The notes: generated from the letters alone by a model not told the origin. Shown: positions 41,237-54,968, counted from the first letter of the stretch. The stretch: 64,000 bases of DNA from Octopus vulgaris (GCA_951406725.2 OX597830.1:50840001-50904000), one strand, 5' to 3'. Program-made: numbers and translations.

Positions 41237-42223
41237 ATCACAAACTGTGTCTAACACTGTTTTTACTGCTTAGTTTGCTTTTGTTTCTATCACTAAATTT
41301 ATTTTATCGTTTTTATATTATTCTATTTTCCTTGGTATTTTTTTTTTACTTTGATAAAACTTATTTGCCGATAAATATTACTCTATAAAAAAAGGAATCC
41401 GTATTTACCGATACAAGTTCAATAATTCCAATGGTATTTTGAAGAAATCAATGGAATTATATTGCATTGATTATATTTTGGTTATTTAAAATAATTCTTC
41501 GGACATAATTATTAGGTATTTCGAAATAATTTCAATTTTACTGTCAGAAAATAGTTTACTTTATATGTTTTGTCCAATAATTCAACGTAACAATACCCAC
41601 TCTCTCCCCTCCAACCCCAGAGAAATCGAAAGTTGTTCCTGTATCCTATATTGTACATAGTGTCCTATACGCATACAAATAGTTTTGCAGATTCAGTAAG
41701 ATATGATTCGCTAACAAGGTCTTAATAAACGGAAACAAGTCGTTGCTTTTATTGATTACATTTAAAATCTAGATCTAATCAGAATACTTAATATTCCGTA
41801 TTAGGCATGCGAAACCATTTTCGAGAAACAGACTGCATGAGACATAGCTCATCATCAAAGGAACTGCTTAAAAGTTTCGAAGTAATTTTCTTATTTGGTG
41901 TAACATTCAAATATGTCCACGACCCGCATTGCTCATGACCACTATACATTTTCAGAAGCACATTCGGGGGTATCACTCTTGCTTCATCTCTTTAAATATC
42001 AAATAACTCTAAAGGGGATTTTTAAAACTCTTGATGCATTAAATGCCAAACAGGTAATGCGGTTGGTAGTCACTGAATCGTGGCGCGATAAATAGAGCCA
42101 GTAATAAGATAAAAAATACATGCGCGCGCATACACAGACACGAACACACACACATACATATATATTGTAATCATGAATATGTTTACATATATACATGTAT
42201 ATATGTGTAATGTATTTATATAA

Positions 42224-42245
42224 AGTAGTAGTAGTAGTAGTAGTC

Positions 42246-42283
<38 letters not shown>

Positions 42284-42357
42284 TGCAGCGGCAGCAGCAG
42301 CAGTAGTAGTAATAGTAGTAGTAGTAAGTATAACAGCGATAGCAGCTAGCAACAGCT

Positions 42358-42398
<41 letters not shown>

Positions 42399-42474
42399 TG
42401 AAGAAGAAGAAGAAGAAGAAGAAGAAGAAGAAGAAGAAGAAGAAGAAGAAGAAGAAGAAGATGAAGAAGAAGAA
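42224..42474. repeat. (GTA)n-(GCA)n-(GAA)n compound microsatellite
   Basis: Visible. Confidence 0.95.
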
Positions 42475-43886
42475 TTATCGTCTATTTTTATAGTGGAACA
42501 CTCTCCGTGGAGAATATTGTCTTTGATGCACAGAGAATGTTTCTGATTTAAGCGAACGAGACACTCGTTTGTTCTCTGATACACCAATTTTTGAAGAATT
42601 TTATTCCTTTCAGCCGCCGTTAATCCAAGATCAAATCAGTAAGCTACATTTCTATGTTAACTTTTGTCAGACAGTGTTTAAAGAAGAAATAAGCCATTAG
42701 ATTCTAACCGGAGTAGTTGAGTTTATTCTTGAAGACGTATTTGTTTTGTCAACCATAGCAATGATTGTTCAAACATAGTGTAGAAAAATGTGAAGCTAAT
42801 TTTGTGATGCTTTCTTGTTTCCTGTTAAAAACCAGAGAGATTTATATTAAAAAATAATAATAAATATATATAACATAACATACAACGTAATATCTCTATT
42901 ATCTTTTTTCCATGCTTGTTAAAGAATATTTCTTGTTAAATTGGCTTCCTATTGTTATCTGGTGCAATTTCCTGAAGATAATTCAACACTGATATATCTG
43001 TAAACATTCATCTAATGTCTGCATGTTTAATGGAATCGCATCGAAGAATGTGGCAGTCGCTATTTCCAGTTCAGAATATTAGTTATTGTAGTTGAAAGAG
43101 AATGAAAAATAGAAATAAAAAAAAACAAAAAACAAAGGAAGTGACATTTACGAAATATAGACGAAAGCTTTCGGCCATTTACAGTAAAGAAACTCAAAGA
43201 ATCTTGTAATCGATGTTCAAACGATGCCAAAAACAGATTTTATTTTGTTTATTTATTTACTTTCGTCTTTGAAATTTATATTCACTGAAAATTTATATTT
43301 CTGTAAAAATTACAATAAACAAACATGTTTTGTACTTATTATTTTTACATATTCCATATTTCTTTAATTGTAAAAGCAAAATATCGGTTGTTGGTTGTTG
43401 ATGATTAGGTTTCTTGGTATGTTGAGCAACATGGAACCGTTATGTCTACGCATTGTTTGTAATTTATCTAAGAAAACATAACTAGCGGGACTCATCGAAG
43501 TACCACGTTTAATTATTGTTCCTGTTTCTACTTTGATGTATAAACGTATTGATATTTATAACATCGATTCATTATGTCAAAGATTTTACTTGTGTCTTCG
43601 ATTTATTTCCTTGGATAAGTCGTGACAAGCAGAATAATATAAATTGTGTTCGTATTCGCATAAACATGCATGTGGATGTACAAATATGAATGTGTGCAAT
43701 ACAATTCATACATATATATGTATGTGTATATATATATATATATATATATGTATCTTTATATATACACACACATATATATATAGAGATAGGTAGATATGTA
43801 TATGTATGTATACGTATAAATATATGTATATATATATATAAATATATGTATGTATATATGTGCATATATATATATATATATATATG

Positions 43887-43923
<37 letters not shown>

Positions 43924-43987
43924 GAGTGTATGTATATACACTCATGTGTGTGTGTAGACATATATACAAAATATATATACGCACGTT

Positions 43988-44297
43988 GAGGCGCGTGGTT
44001 TAGTGGTTAGGGTATTTGGCACAGGGTCTCAAGCTCGTGAGTTCGATTCCCGGTAGAGCGTTGTGCCCGTGATCAAGACACTTTATTTAACTTTGCTCCA
44101 GTACACTAAAAAATGAGTAGTGTTTGTATTTCAGAGGGCCAGCTTTGTCACATTCTATGTCACGCTGATTCTCCCCGAGAACTACGTTTATGGTACATGT
44201 ATCTGGAGTGGACAGTCACATGCACTTTAATTTCATGTACAGGCTGTTCCTGTGATCGGATCAACTGAAACCCTCGTCGTCGTTACCGACCGAGTAC
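43988..44297 (+). mobile_element. SINE family D with C-type tail
   Basis: gaggcgcgtggtttagtggttaggg, gagttcgattccc, then tail gagaactacgtt..gatcggatcaactg.aaccctcgtcgtcg shared with family C. Confidence 0.85.
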
Positions 44298-44330
44298 CAC
44301 ACACACTCACCCACTCACACAGACACACAC

Positions 44331-44385
<55 letters not shown>

Positions 44386-45344
44386 CACACATATGTCGAC
44401 GTATGTATATATACGTATATGTATGTTTACATTTGTGGTGTCATTCACATAGAAAAATAAACAATAATTAAGTTAATTTGAACACATTTAAAATTACGAG
44501 CATTAACTAAAACGGGACTGGAAGATAATGATTTGATGAAGAAAATAGAATATCAGATGTTGACTGCTATTATTTGAAAATATTTCAGTAAGTTAGGAAA
44601 ATAACTCAGAACAATTTCTGCTTTATCGTTACATCATCAGCAAACCATATAATTTATGACTTCCCAAAGCAGTGATGAAGATATCAGCAAGGAAATGTAG
44701 AATTTTGTATAACGTTTGACATAGAAATTTAGAATCGTTCCATAATAAATGACTGACAGACGCTATCGCTTTTAAAAAAACATAATAGTTAAGTTAATGT
44801 TTGAATATTTAATACATGGAATATTAAAACATATATTAGATATAGTTATGTAGCGGGGAAAATCAATATTGAGTAATATATTGGTGTATTTACCAAAGTT
44901 TTAATGGGAAAATCAATTTTAATTTTATGAGTTAATCAGTCTACATGCTTATACAAATAGCGTGGCGTCTATTCTTTAATGGCGTTGAAGGAAGGCTCGG
45001 TCGTGGTTAAATCTGTTAGCTGCGGAATTAAGTTATTTTATCATAGGCACAAAGCGAAAAGTCTAGTGGGAGGCGGGGGGGTTAAACATAGCGACTTCAG
45101 AACTAGACTGATAATATGTTTATTTTCAACATTGAAGGATGAATCGCAAAGTCAACATCGGCGGGATACGAACCAAGATATAAATTACTGAAACATAAAA
45201 CTAAAAAAAAAATAATAATAATTGTCTGAATCTCTAACCAGTCTGCCAACCTATCAACTTTTCTGGTTGAAAAAATAATAAATGTTGTTTGTCAATGGAT
45301 GGTGTTGGTGACTCTTCAAAGTATATACAAGCATGTGAGCATGT

Positions 45345-45406
45345 AAGTTGTCAAGCGATGGTGAGCGAACAAACAGACACTCACACACACAAATATATAT
45401 ATTTAA

Positions 45407-45480
<74 letters not shown>

Positions 45481-45637
45481 ATATACGACGGGCTTCTTTC
45501 AGTTTCCGCGTACCAAATCCACTCACAAGGCCCGAGGCTATAGTAGAAACAGTTGCCCAAGTTGCCACACAGTGGGACTGAACCCGGAACTATGCGGCTG
45601 GTAAGCAAGCTACTTACCACACAGCCACTTCTGCGCC
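45345..45637 (-). mobile_element. SINE family A, 5' two thirds
   Basis: Head intact at 45637. Confidence 0.85.
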
Positions 45638-45638
45638 T

Positions 45639-45750
<112 letters not shown>

Positions 45751-46570
45751 GTAAGTATATGAATACATCTATCTATATATTTATTTATTTATTCATATGC
45801 ATGTGTACAGAAAGAAAGAGAATGAGTGGTGTAGAAAGAACGAAAAATAAATTGATAGTGTGAGGAGGGAAAAAAGAAAGAAAGAAAGAAACAGCGAGAC
45901 AAACAGACAGACAGAGACATATACTCATGTGCGTGTTTCATAACAAGCAAAGCACATTATGCTTAAAATTAATCTTGAATATTACCTACCATATAATTAA
46001 AAAACGTTGCTCGTTTCCATTTTTTAACCATTCTTTCTCCAATAATTGTTAAGAACCGTAAAAGAATTTCGATCAGAATTAACGTGTTCCTCCTTTGTTA
46101 TGATTTAGACATGTCTTGGCGTTATTATTTTTTTCATTCTGCAAGAAACACTGAAACTTTCTGTTTATTGCCACTTTAGTTTCCGTTGCAAAAGTCTTGG
46201 AGAAAAAACATCAAAGCAATTCTTTAATTACGAGATAAATATTAATTCATATCAATATATTGTATTTTATACACATATAATACATGCATGGATACATACA
46301 TGCATACATACATACATACAGACAGACACATATATACATACATAGATATATATGTATACGAGCATGTGTAATATGTAGGTATGCATATTGCTATATATAT
46401 ATACATATATGTGAGTCTGTGTGTGTATGAGTATGTATGCATATTTGTAAGTACGTATGCATGTAAACACACGCTCAAATGTATACACATATTTACAAAA
46501 AAGGTTGCAGATTCTAACATACTTGCAAATACATACACGTGTGTATATATATACATATATATATATATAT

Positions 46571-46649
<79 letters not shown>

Positions 46650-46788
46650 TACATAGACATGTATTACACATATTGGAGGTACATAAAACAAGTGGCATTT
46701 ATATGCTGTGGATATCTGTGTATGTTTGAGAGTGTATGTGCATACAATTATGCTATTGACTTAAGTTGTTAGCACTCAGTTCACTTCA

Positions 46789-46819
<31 letters not shown>

Positions 46820-47083
46820 TGTGTGTGTGTGTGTGCAAATATATATATATGTACATACATACGTATATATGTACATACATATATGTATATATACATATAC
46901 ATATGTCTACATTTATATACACATAAATACATATATATATACATATATATATATGTATATTATATGTATGTACGTATACCTAAATATAGATACGATATAT
47001 CATACGCCATAAAGAAACGTCCTTCAAGCACTTCCATAGATGTCTTTTTATTCCCACCATCACCGTCACGATAATAATGAGAT

Positions 47084-47106
47084 TAATAATGATGATAATG
47101 ATGATG

Positions 47107-47164
<58 letters not shown>

Positions 47165-47336
47165 TGATGATAATAATAATAATAATAATAATAATAGCAA
47201 TAATAATAATAACAGTACCAATAATAATAATAATAATAATCATAATAATAATAATAGTAATAATAATGTAAACGATAGTAACAATAACAACAACAACAAC
47301 AATAATAATAATAATGATAATGATGATGATGATGAT
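47084..47336. repeat. Degenerate (AAT/GAT/AAC)n
   Basis: Visible. Confidence 0.95.
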
Positions 47337-47586
47337 ACAAGAGATGAACAGACCTCAAGTTCATCCCGTATGAATATGTCGGAGTGTGTCTGATATTACT
47401 ATGTTGTATTCCATGCAAAACAAAGATATCTTTCTGTATCAGTTCTCACACACGCTATCTTAATTATTCTATAGTTTTAGAGTATTCTCCAGATGAAGTT
47501 GTAAGACGAACAATTAGTTTATCGAGTAAATGACTTATGGCTAATTTTATCCAACTCTGAGTGATGTCATGCATAATCACGTGATA

Positions 47587-49048
47587 TTGGTACTTAATTT
47601 ATCGACCCCGAAAAGATGAAAGTCAAAGTCGACCTCGGCGGAATTTGAACTCAGAACGTAACGGCAGACGAAATACCTATTTCTTTACTACCCACAAGAG
47701 GCTACACACAGAGGAAACGAACAAGGACAGACAAAGGGATTAAGTCGATTAAATCGACCCCAGTGCGTAACTGGTACTTTATTTATCAACACCGAAAGGA
47801 TAAATGGCAAAGTCGACCCGGCGGAATTTGAACTCAGAAGGTAGCGGCAGACGAAATACCTATTTCTTTACTACCCTCAAGGGGCTAAACACAGAGGGGA
47901 CAAACAAGGACAGACAAACGGATTAAGTCGATTATATCGACCCCAGTGCATAACTGGTACTTAATTTATCGACCCTGAAAGGATGAAAGGCAAAGTCGAC
48001 CTCGGCGAAATTTGAACCCAGAACGTAACGGCAGACGAAATACCTATTTCTTTACTAACCACAAGGGGCTAAATACAGAAGGGACAAACAAGGACAGACA
48101 AACGGATTAAGTCAATTAAATCGACCCCAGTGCGTAACTGGTACATAATGTATCGACACCGAAAGGATGAATGGCAAAGTCGACCTCAGAACGTAGCGGC
48201 AGACGAAAAACCTATTTTTTACTACCCACAAGGGGCTAAACGCAGAGGGGACAAACAAGGAGAGACAAACGGATTAAGTCGATTACATCGACCCCCAGTG
48301 CGTAACTGGTACTTAATTTATCGACCCTGAAAGGATGAAAGGCAAAGTCGACCTCGGCGGAATTTGAACTCAGAACGTAACGGCAGACGAAATACCTATT
48401 TCTTTATTACCCACAAGGGGCTAAACACAGAGGGGACAAACAAGGACAGACATAGGTATTAAGTCGATTACATCGACCCCAGTGCGTAAGTGGTACTTAA
48501 TGTATCGACCCTGAAAGGATGAAATGCAAAGTCGACCTCGGCGGAATTTGAACTCAGAACGTAACGGCAGACGAAATACCTATTTCTTTATTACCCACAA
48601 GGGGCTAAACACAGAGGGGACAAACAAGGACAGACATAGGTATTAAGTCGATTACATCGACCCCAGTGCGTAAGTGGTACTTAATGTATCGACCCTGAAA
48701 GGATGAAAGGCAAAGTCGACCTCGGCGGAATTTGAACTTAGAACGTAACGGCAGACGAAATACCGCGGAGCATTTCGCCCAGCTTTTTTTTTTTTTTTTT
48801 TGTACTTGTTTCAGTCATTCGACCGCGGCCATGCTGGAGCACCGCCTTTAGAGTGGTGAAAGAGTACAGCAGGGATCACCACCATCCCCTGCCGGAGCCT
48901 CGTGGAGCTTTTAGGTGTTTTCGCTCAATAAACACACACAACGCCCGGTCTGGGAATCGAAACCGCGATCCTCCGACCGCAAGTCCGCTGCCCTAACCAC
49001 TGGGCCATTGCGCCTCCAGCTTGCTAACGTTTCTGCCAGCTCGCTGCT
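47587..49048 (-). mobile_element. SINE family B concatemer: one head plus six ~184-bp units plus a partial unit
   Basis: Unit boundaries at 47678, 47861, 48045, 48213, 48397, 48581; head split into 48765-48783 and 49019-49048 by a nested SINE. Confidence 0.92.
48784..49018 (-). mobile_element. Chimeric SINE (family C 5' half plus family A tail, poly-A) nested in the B head
   Basis: C sequence 48851-49018, A tail 48803-48850, T-run 48784-48801; ccagctt on both sides. Confidence 0.85.
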
Positions 49049-49470
49049 ATTATTGTTACTGCTTCTTGTGCATCGTCTTTTTTTATATATTATACCCGCA
49101 AGGAGAAAGATGTTTATGATCCACTTTCACAACCATATTGGATCAAGAATTCTGTACGAGCATTGCTGAGTTCTCTCTTTCTTATGTTGAAAGTTCTACG
49201 ACCATGGGAATGTGGTGATATATACAGACCTAAATATTTGGAGAGAGGCAGAGTTAACGACCTGAAGAGACACGGCACGTGCTAATCAGTTAAAGTCTAC
49301 TCCGGACATATCGATAGAAAGCCATCATGATTCGAAGTCTGTTTGTATGGATGTATGTGTGTATGTAAGCTTGTATGTATGTATAAATATGTGTACGGAT
49401 ATAGACATGTGTGAATATATGTGTATGTGTTTGAATGAATGTATGTATATATGTGTTGTTGTATGTATGT

Positions 49471-49523
<53 letters not shown>

Positions 49524-49595
49524 CATGTATACACATAAATACAACAATACATGTATACATAGATTTTGTCATACATACATACATACATACATACA

Positions 49596-49631
<36 letters not shown>

Positions 49632-50006
49632 TATATACAGATATACATGCACATATATTCATACATGAATATACGTGAACACACATAACATAAATATATA
49701 TATATATACGTATATATATATACGTATATATGGGCTGAGAGGGAGCAACAGCATGTGAGGTATGAGATGAAAAGACAGGGGCGTGTGAGGTGATTTTGAG
49801 GAGCCAATTAATGGCGTCATTAATTGTATCGGGAGTGTTTAATTAAAAATCTTTCTTTCGACTGAAACACGAAACTTTCTCCGTGATGTTTCAAACTTTA
49901 TTGCATTTTACATTCATCATATTTACACCCACTGTCGCCGACAACTAAAACACCCTCTACCGCTGCAGCGACACCACCGACTCCACCACCATTACTGATA
50001 TGAATA

Positions 50007-50066
<60 letters not shown>

Positions 50067-50221
50067 GTTCCATTGACAGCAGCGTTCTTGTGGCTGCCGG
50101 AGCTAGTTGAAATAACAGTCGTATTTCCATTGCCTTTCGTTATCATCTGTCGATGAATTGACGCCACATTATACAGACCAAGAAAGGGAAGGGATGGCCT
50201 CGGTTGGAGTGCTTTTGTGCC

Positions 50222-50548
50222 TAACTGGCACTTAATTTATCGACCCCGAAAAGATGAAAGGCAAAGTCGACCTCGGCGGAATTTGAACTCAGGACGTAAA
50301 GACAGACGAAATACTTATTTCTTTACTACCCACAATGGGCTAAACACAGAGAGGACAAACAAGGACAGACGAACGGATTAAGTCGATTATATCGACCCCA
50401 GTGCGTAACTGGTACTTATTCAATCGACCCCGAAAGGATGAAAGGCAAAGTCAACCTCGGCGGAATTTGATCTCAGAACATAACGGCAGACGAAATACGG
50501 CTACGTATTTCGCCCGACGTGCTAACGATTCTACCAGCTCGCCGCCTT
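50222..50548 (-). mobile_element. SINE family B: head plus full unit plus partial second unit
   Basis: Junction gacgaaatacttatttctttac at ~50306-50327, same as in the array. Confidence 0.9.
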
Positions 50549-51434
50549 CATACCTTCATACCTTCATACCTACATACCTATCCCCATACCTACTTACCTG
50601 TTTACCTACTTACCGTAAGAGAGTTCAAACCGGTCGCTAACCAAACAAGACTTTTTTGCGTTAAGAGAGTTCCTACTGTTTGTAAATGTATAATGGAGTT
50701 TGTGCGTTGGTTAAGCTGTCATTAAACACACTTGGGAGTGCATTTCAATCCATCCAAAGAATCTCAGATGTAGTACCTTTGGAGTGTCTTATAAATTCTT
50801 CTCTGTACCGCAAATAGTTTCGTTTGCTCTTTCTTCGAAAAACCTAGGTTTTCAAGTCTTGTGTCTAAATTTGCAGGTACAATCTCCCATTCCTCACTTC
50901 CTCTTTCTCTCCCTGACTTTGCTTTATTTCTTCTTTCTCCTCCACTTTCTTCGTCCTTTAGCTTTTTATTTCGCTTCTCTCTCTATTATTGCTCTCATTT
51001 TCTTTCTTTCATTCACTTTAGCTTACAGCGTTGTATATCATTTAGATGCTTGGTTCTTATTTTAATTTTCCATCTACACCTTTTATTCTAATCTTTTATT
51101 ATAATCTCAACTTTTAAATACCTAATTTTGCAATCCTATTATTCCTTTTAATTATTTGCAATTTCTATTTCTGGATATACTCTGTTCATTTTTACTCGCT
51201 TTTATACAAAATTGCTTTCCATTTAAATAGTAATTATTGTTTATTCTACCGTTAAGGTTAACCCCCTCTGGCAGCCCACGCTGTTATTTTTTAAGAGTCA
51301 GTCACCCAATAAAATTCAGTTGTATATTCGTTTAACTGTAATGACTACATTATATTATATTATATTATATTATACTATATTATATTATATTATACTATAT
51401 TAAATGTACCCACACAATTTTTTATATGGTTTTA

Positions 51435-51485
51435 TCACAGTTATCTGATGAACAGTGATGTGAAACTCAGAGTAATAGCTTGTGA
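51435..51485 (+). ncRNA. Minimal type I hammerhead ribozyme, all core nucleotides present
   Basis: UCACAGUUAU-CUGAUGA-ACA GUGA UGU-GAA-ACUC A GAGU-A-AUAGCUUGUGA; predicted cleavage after GUA at 51474. Confidence 0.75.
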
Positions 51486-51734
51486 AGAATATTTTCGGCT
51501 TTAATAAATAGTATATATATGTATGTATGTATGTGTGTGTGTGCGTGTATGTGTATGCATGTATGTATGTATTTATGTGAATGTGTGCTTGTGTGGCTAG
51601 CTTGTACATTTTGAAATACAGATACAATTAACTAAATAGACATCTTGATCCCAACACCACATACACAAACTCACACACAACTACGCTCACACATACACCT
51701 GAAAATCTGCAATTCAAATGACACATGAATATAC

Positions 51735-51759
<25 letters not shown>

Positions 51760-51772
<13 letters not shown>

Positions 51773-52145
51773 CTGAATTTGTTTTTGTATGGCAGGTTTG
51801 GTAGCCTTCAACTAACACTATCTCAACTAACACAACATGCGGCGCATGTTGACCAAAATTAAGAGTATGATAGAAGGTTTGCTCTTCCTTCCGTAGAAGA
51901 AAAATTTCAAATCGGACCATGTTAACACCAAAAATTATTTACATCAAAAAGGTGCTATTTTTCTATGAAAATCCCAATTTTTTACGATTTTTTGACTGCT
52001 GTGTCGCCATTTTTCGGTGTAATTCAACCAGAAAAATGTTCACTTAAAGAGAATAACAATCTACATAATGCAAAATTTTTACTTTTCAAAAATTCCAATT
52101 CTAAAGGGTCGAAACAGACCCGAGCAACGCCGGGCGATACTGCTA

Positions 52146-52146
<1 letters not shown>
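51760..52146 (+). mobile_element. Non-autonomous Helitron-like element between (TA)n arrays
   Basis: 3' end cccgagcaacgccggg..tgCTAG|T matches the 63020-63048 terminus. Confidence 0.75.
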
Positions 52147-52227
<81 letters not shown>

Positions 52228-52449
52228 TGAAACTGAAACATTTACTAAATGCTACACAACATCTCGTTATTGATCATTTGTTACAACAGAACCATACTTA
52301 ATTAGTTTCACGGCTAAATTCATCCGCAAACATCTTGAAAAGTCCTCTTACAGCATATACGAAGACACTTCCAATAATCATACATCGAAATAAACCAAAT
52401 AAAATATTATCTTTAACCTGAATATTAGATCTAGAATAAATAAGTATGT

Positions 52450-52841
52450 GGATGGATGGAAGCACTCCGTCGGTTACGACGACGAGGGTTCCAGTTGATC
52501 CGAATCAACGGAACAGCCTGCTCGTGAAATTAACGTGTAAGTGGCTGAGCACTCCACAGACACGTGTACCCTTAACGTAGTTCTCGGAGATATTAGGCGT
52601 GACACAGAGAGTGACAAGGCCGGCCCTTTGATATACAGGTACAACAGAAATAGGAAGATAGAGTAAGAGAATGTTGTGGTGAAAGAGTACAAAAGGGATC
52701 ACCACCATCCCCTGCCGGAGCCTCGTGGAGCTTTAGGTGTTTTCGCTCAATAAATACTCACAACGCCCGGTCTGGGAATCGAAACCGCGATCCTATGACC
52801 GCGAGTCCGCTGCCCTAACCACTGGGCCATTGCGCCTCCAC
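52450..52841 (-). mobile_element. SINE family C, full length, 13-bp TSD
   Basis: TSD taaataagtatgt at 52437-52449 and 52842-52854. Confidence 0.93.
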
Positions 52842-53249
52842 TAAATAAGTATGTAGCGGTACTTTGTCTATTGGCAGTCATGCCACTTGGGTCCGCGTTA
52901 AAACATCACCTCACACAAGATGATTACATTTTCTCACCGCTTTCTCTTCATATTCTCACACATGTCATTCAGCTTAAAACTTTCGACAAGCAGTTTTTGA
53001 AACGACAAAAATAAATATTTTCTGTTTGTTCTTATATTGGAACAGCCACAGCCTGAACAAATATCCAACTCTAAGCTACCATAGTCCCCAAGTATATTAA
53101 AACACACTTCCTCATAAAAAAAAACATATGCAATGAAGAGACAGAACCTTAAAGGCCAATCAGCAAATTCATAATGAAATGCAATACATCGTACAACTCC
53201 CCTCACAATCATCGAACACAATTCGATGTTCAAACAGGCATGCATATAT

Positions 53250-53481
53250 ATATTTCTTTATTGCAAACAAAGGGCTAAACACAGAGGGGACAAACAAAGA
53301 CAGACAAACGGATTAAGTCGATTACATAGACCCCAGTGCGTAACTGGTACTTAACTTATCGAACCCGAAAGGATGAAAGGCACAATCGACCTCGGTGGAA
53401 TTTGAACTCAGAACGTAACGGCAGACGAAACACAGCTACGCATTTCGCCCGGTGTGCTAACGTTTCTGCTAGCTCGCCGCC
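53250..53481 (-). mobile_element. SINE family B monomer, TSD catgcatatat
   Basis: Full head and tail; TSD at 53239-53249 and 53486-53496. Confidence 0.9.
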
Positions 53482-53529
53482 GATTCATGCATATATATTT
53501 ATTGTATGTATATATATATATATATATAT

Positions 53530-53789
53530 GAAGGCGCGTGGCTTAGTGGTTAGGGGCATTTCGCTCATGATCGTAAGGTCGTGAGTTCAATTCCCGGCGA
53601 CGCGTTGTGTCCTTGAGCAAGAGACTTTATTTCACGTTACTCCAGTCCACTCAGCTGGCAAAAATGAGTTGTACCTGTATTTCAAGGGGCCAGCCTTGCC
53701 ACACTGTGTCACGCTGAATATCCTCAAGAACTAAGTTAAGGGTATACGTGTTTGTGGAGTGCTCAGACACTTAGCTGTTTGTTTCACGA

Positions 53790-53792
<3 letters not shown>
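53530..53792 (+). mobile_element. SINE family D with C-type tail, 3' truncated at (TA)n
   Basis: A box tggcttagtggttagg, B box gagttcaattccc. Confidence 0.88.
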
Positions 53793-53834
<42 letters not shown>

Positions 53835-53836
<2 letters not shown>

Positions 53837-54061
53837 CTCAGCAAAATTTAGATTCAGATGAATATGGTACTTAAGTTAAAGGCACCAGAATTTTGTATGG
53901 TATTATCCATATAAATCAAATGGCGTGATTATAATCAAAATATGCAACAAGGATATCCAAGGTATCGTAGTACAATCGTTTTATGCTACTTCGCTTAATA
54001 AAATGAAATAGCATGAAACGATTGTACTACACTACCTTGGATATCCTTGTTGCTTATGTTG

Positions 54062-54067
<6 letters not shown>
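53835..54067. mobile_element. TA-embedded asymmetric foldback element (63-bp arms)
   Basis: 53930-53992 is the near reverse complement of 54005-54067. Confidence 0.8.
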
Positions 54068-54116
<49 letters not shown>

Positions 54117-54118
<2 letters not shown>

Positions 54119-54411
54119 CCAACTTACCAAAGTGAGGGACAATCGCATATATACCTGAAAATATAGCTGCAGATATATCTACAATTTCCTATGCGATTAT
54201 CCCTCGCTTTGGTATGTTGTCTATTTTTTCTCATTCAGGCGATTTCTGCAGGTTCTTAAGTTTCAGAACCTGTGGCTAATTGGGTCGCTTTCCACCCCTA
54301 TTTCTAGCGAAACTGGTGCTATCTAGTACCCTTGTTTATATGTTTGGCTTTTGTTGCTAACTAGCCACCTATGTTATAATTATTTATTAATGATATCTTC
54401 ATTATACACCA

Positions 54412-54414
<3 letters not shown>
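54117..54414. mobile_element. TA-embedded element with 33-bp inverted repeat
   Basis: 54117-54149 versus 54190-54222 (4 mismatches); TA arrays on both sides. Confidence 0.6.
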
Positions 54415-54487
<73 letters not shown>

Positions 54488-54502
54488 GTATATGTATATG
54501 CC

Positions 54503-54535
<33 letters not shown>

Positions 54536-54877
54536 ATGTATATGTATACGTATACGTATATGTATATGTATATAAATACAAACATGTGACAAGAACGCAA
54601 AACAGCCAAACAGACGATACGAAGAAAACAAGACAGGTCATTCGGAGTTTTCTATCCTCAGTCGAGTTCAAGATTATCTTTGAAATTTCGACTGGGTATA
54701 CTCAAGATTGTTCCAATCTGGCCAGCTCCAAGGAAAAACTAATAGCATTAGATTCCTTGGAAGAAACCAGCAAATGTATACGAAATCAAGGACGGAAAAA
54801 ACAGAGAAATGTTACACAAATAAAAACGCAATAAACAGGACATAACAACGTCGAATTAAATTAAGCTGGCATGGAAG

Positions 54878-54968
54878 TAAACACACACCACGCCCGGTCT
54901 GGGAATGAAACCGCGATCGTCCGACCGCGAGTCCGGTGCCCTAACCACTGAGCCATTGCGCCTCCACA
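54878..54968 (-). mobile_element. SINE family C head only
   Basis: cgcccggtctgggaat.gaaaccgcgatc..ccattgcgcctccac. Confidence 0.8.

Noticed and set aside
47587-48764. CRISPR-like array
   Set aside because: Whole 184-bp units are repeated with no unique spacers; eukaryotic SINE sequence
51433-51453. miR-2-like seed TATCACAG
   Set aside because: No complementary upstream arm; hammerhead fold explains the segment better
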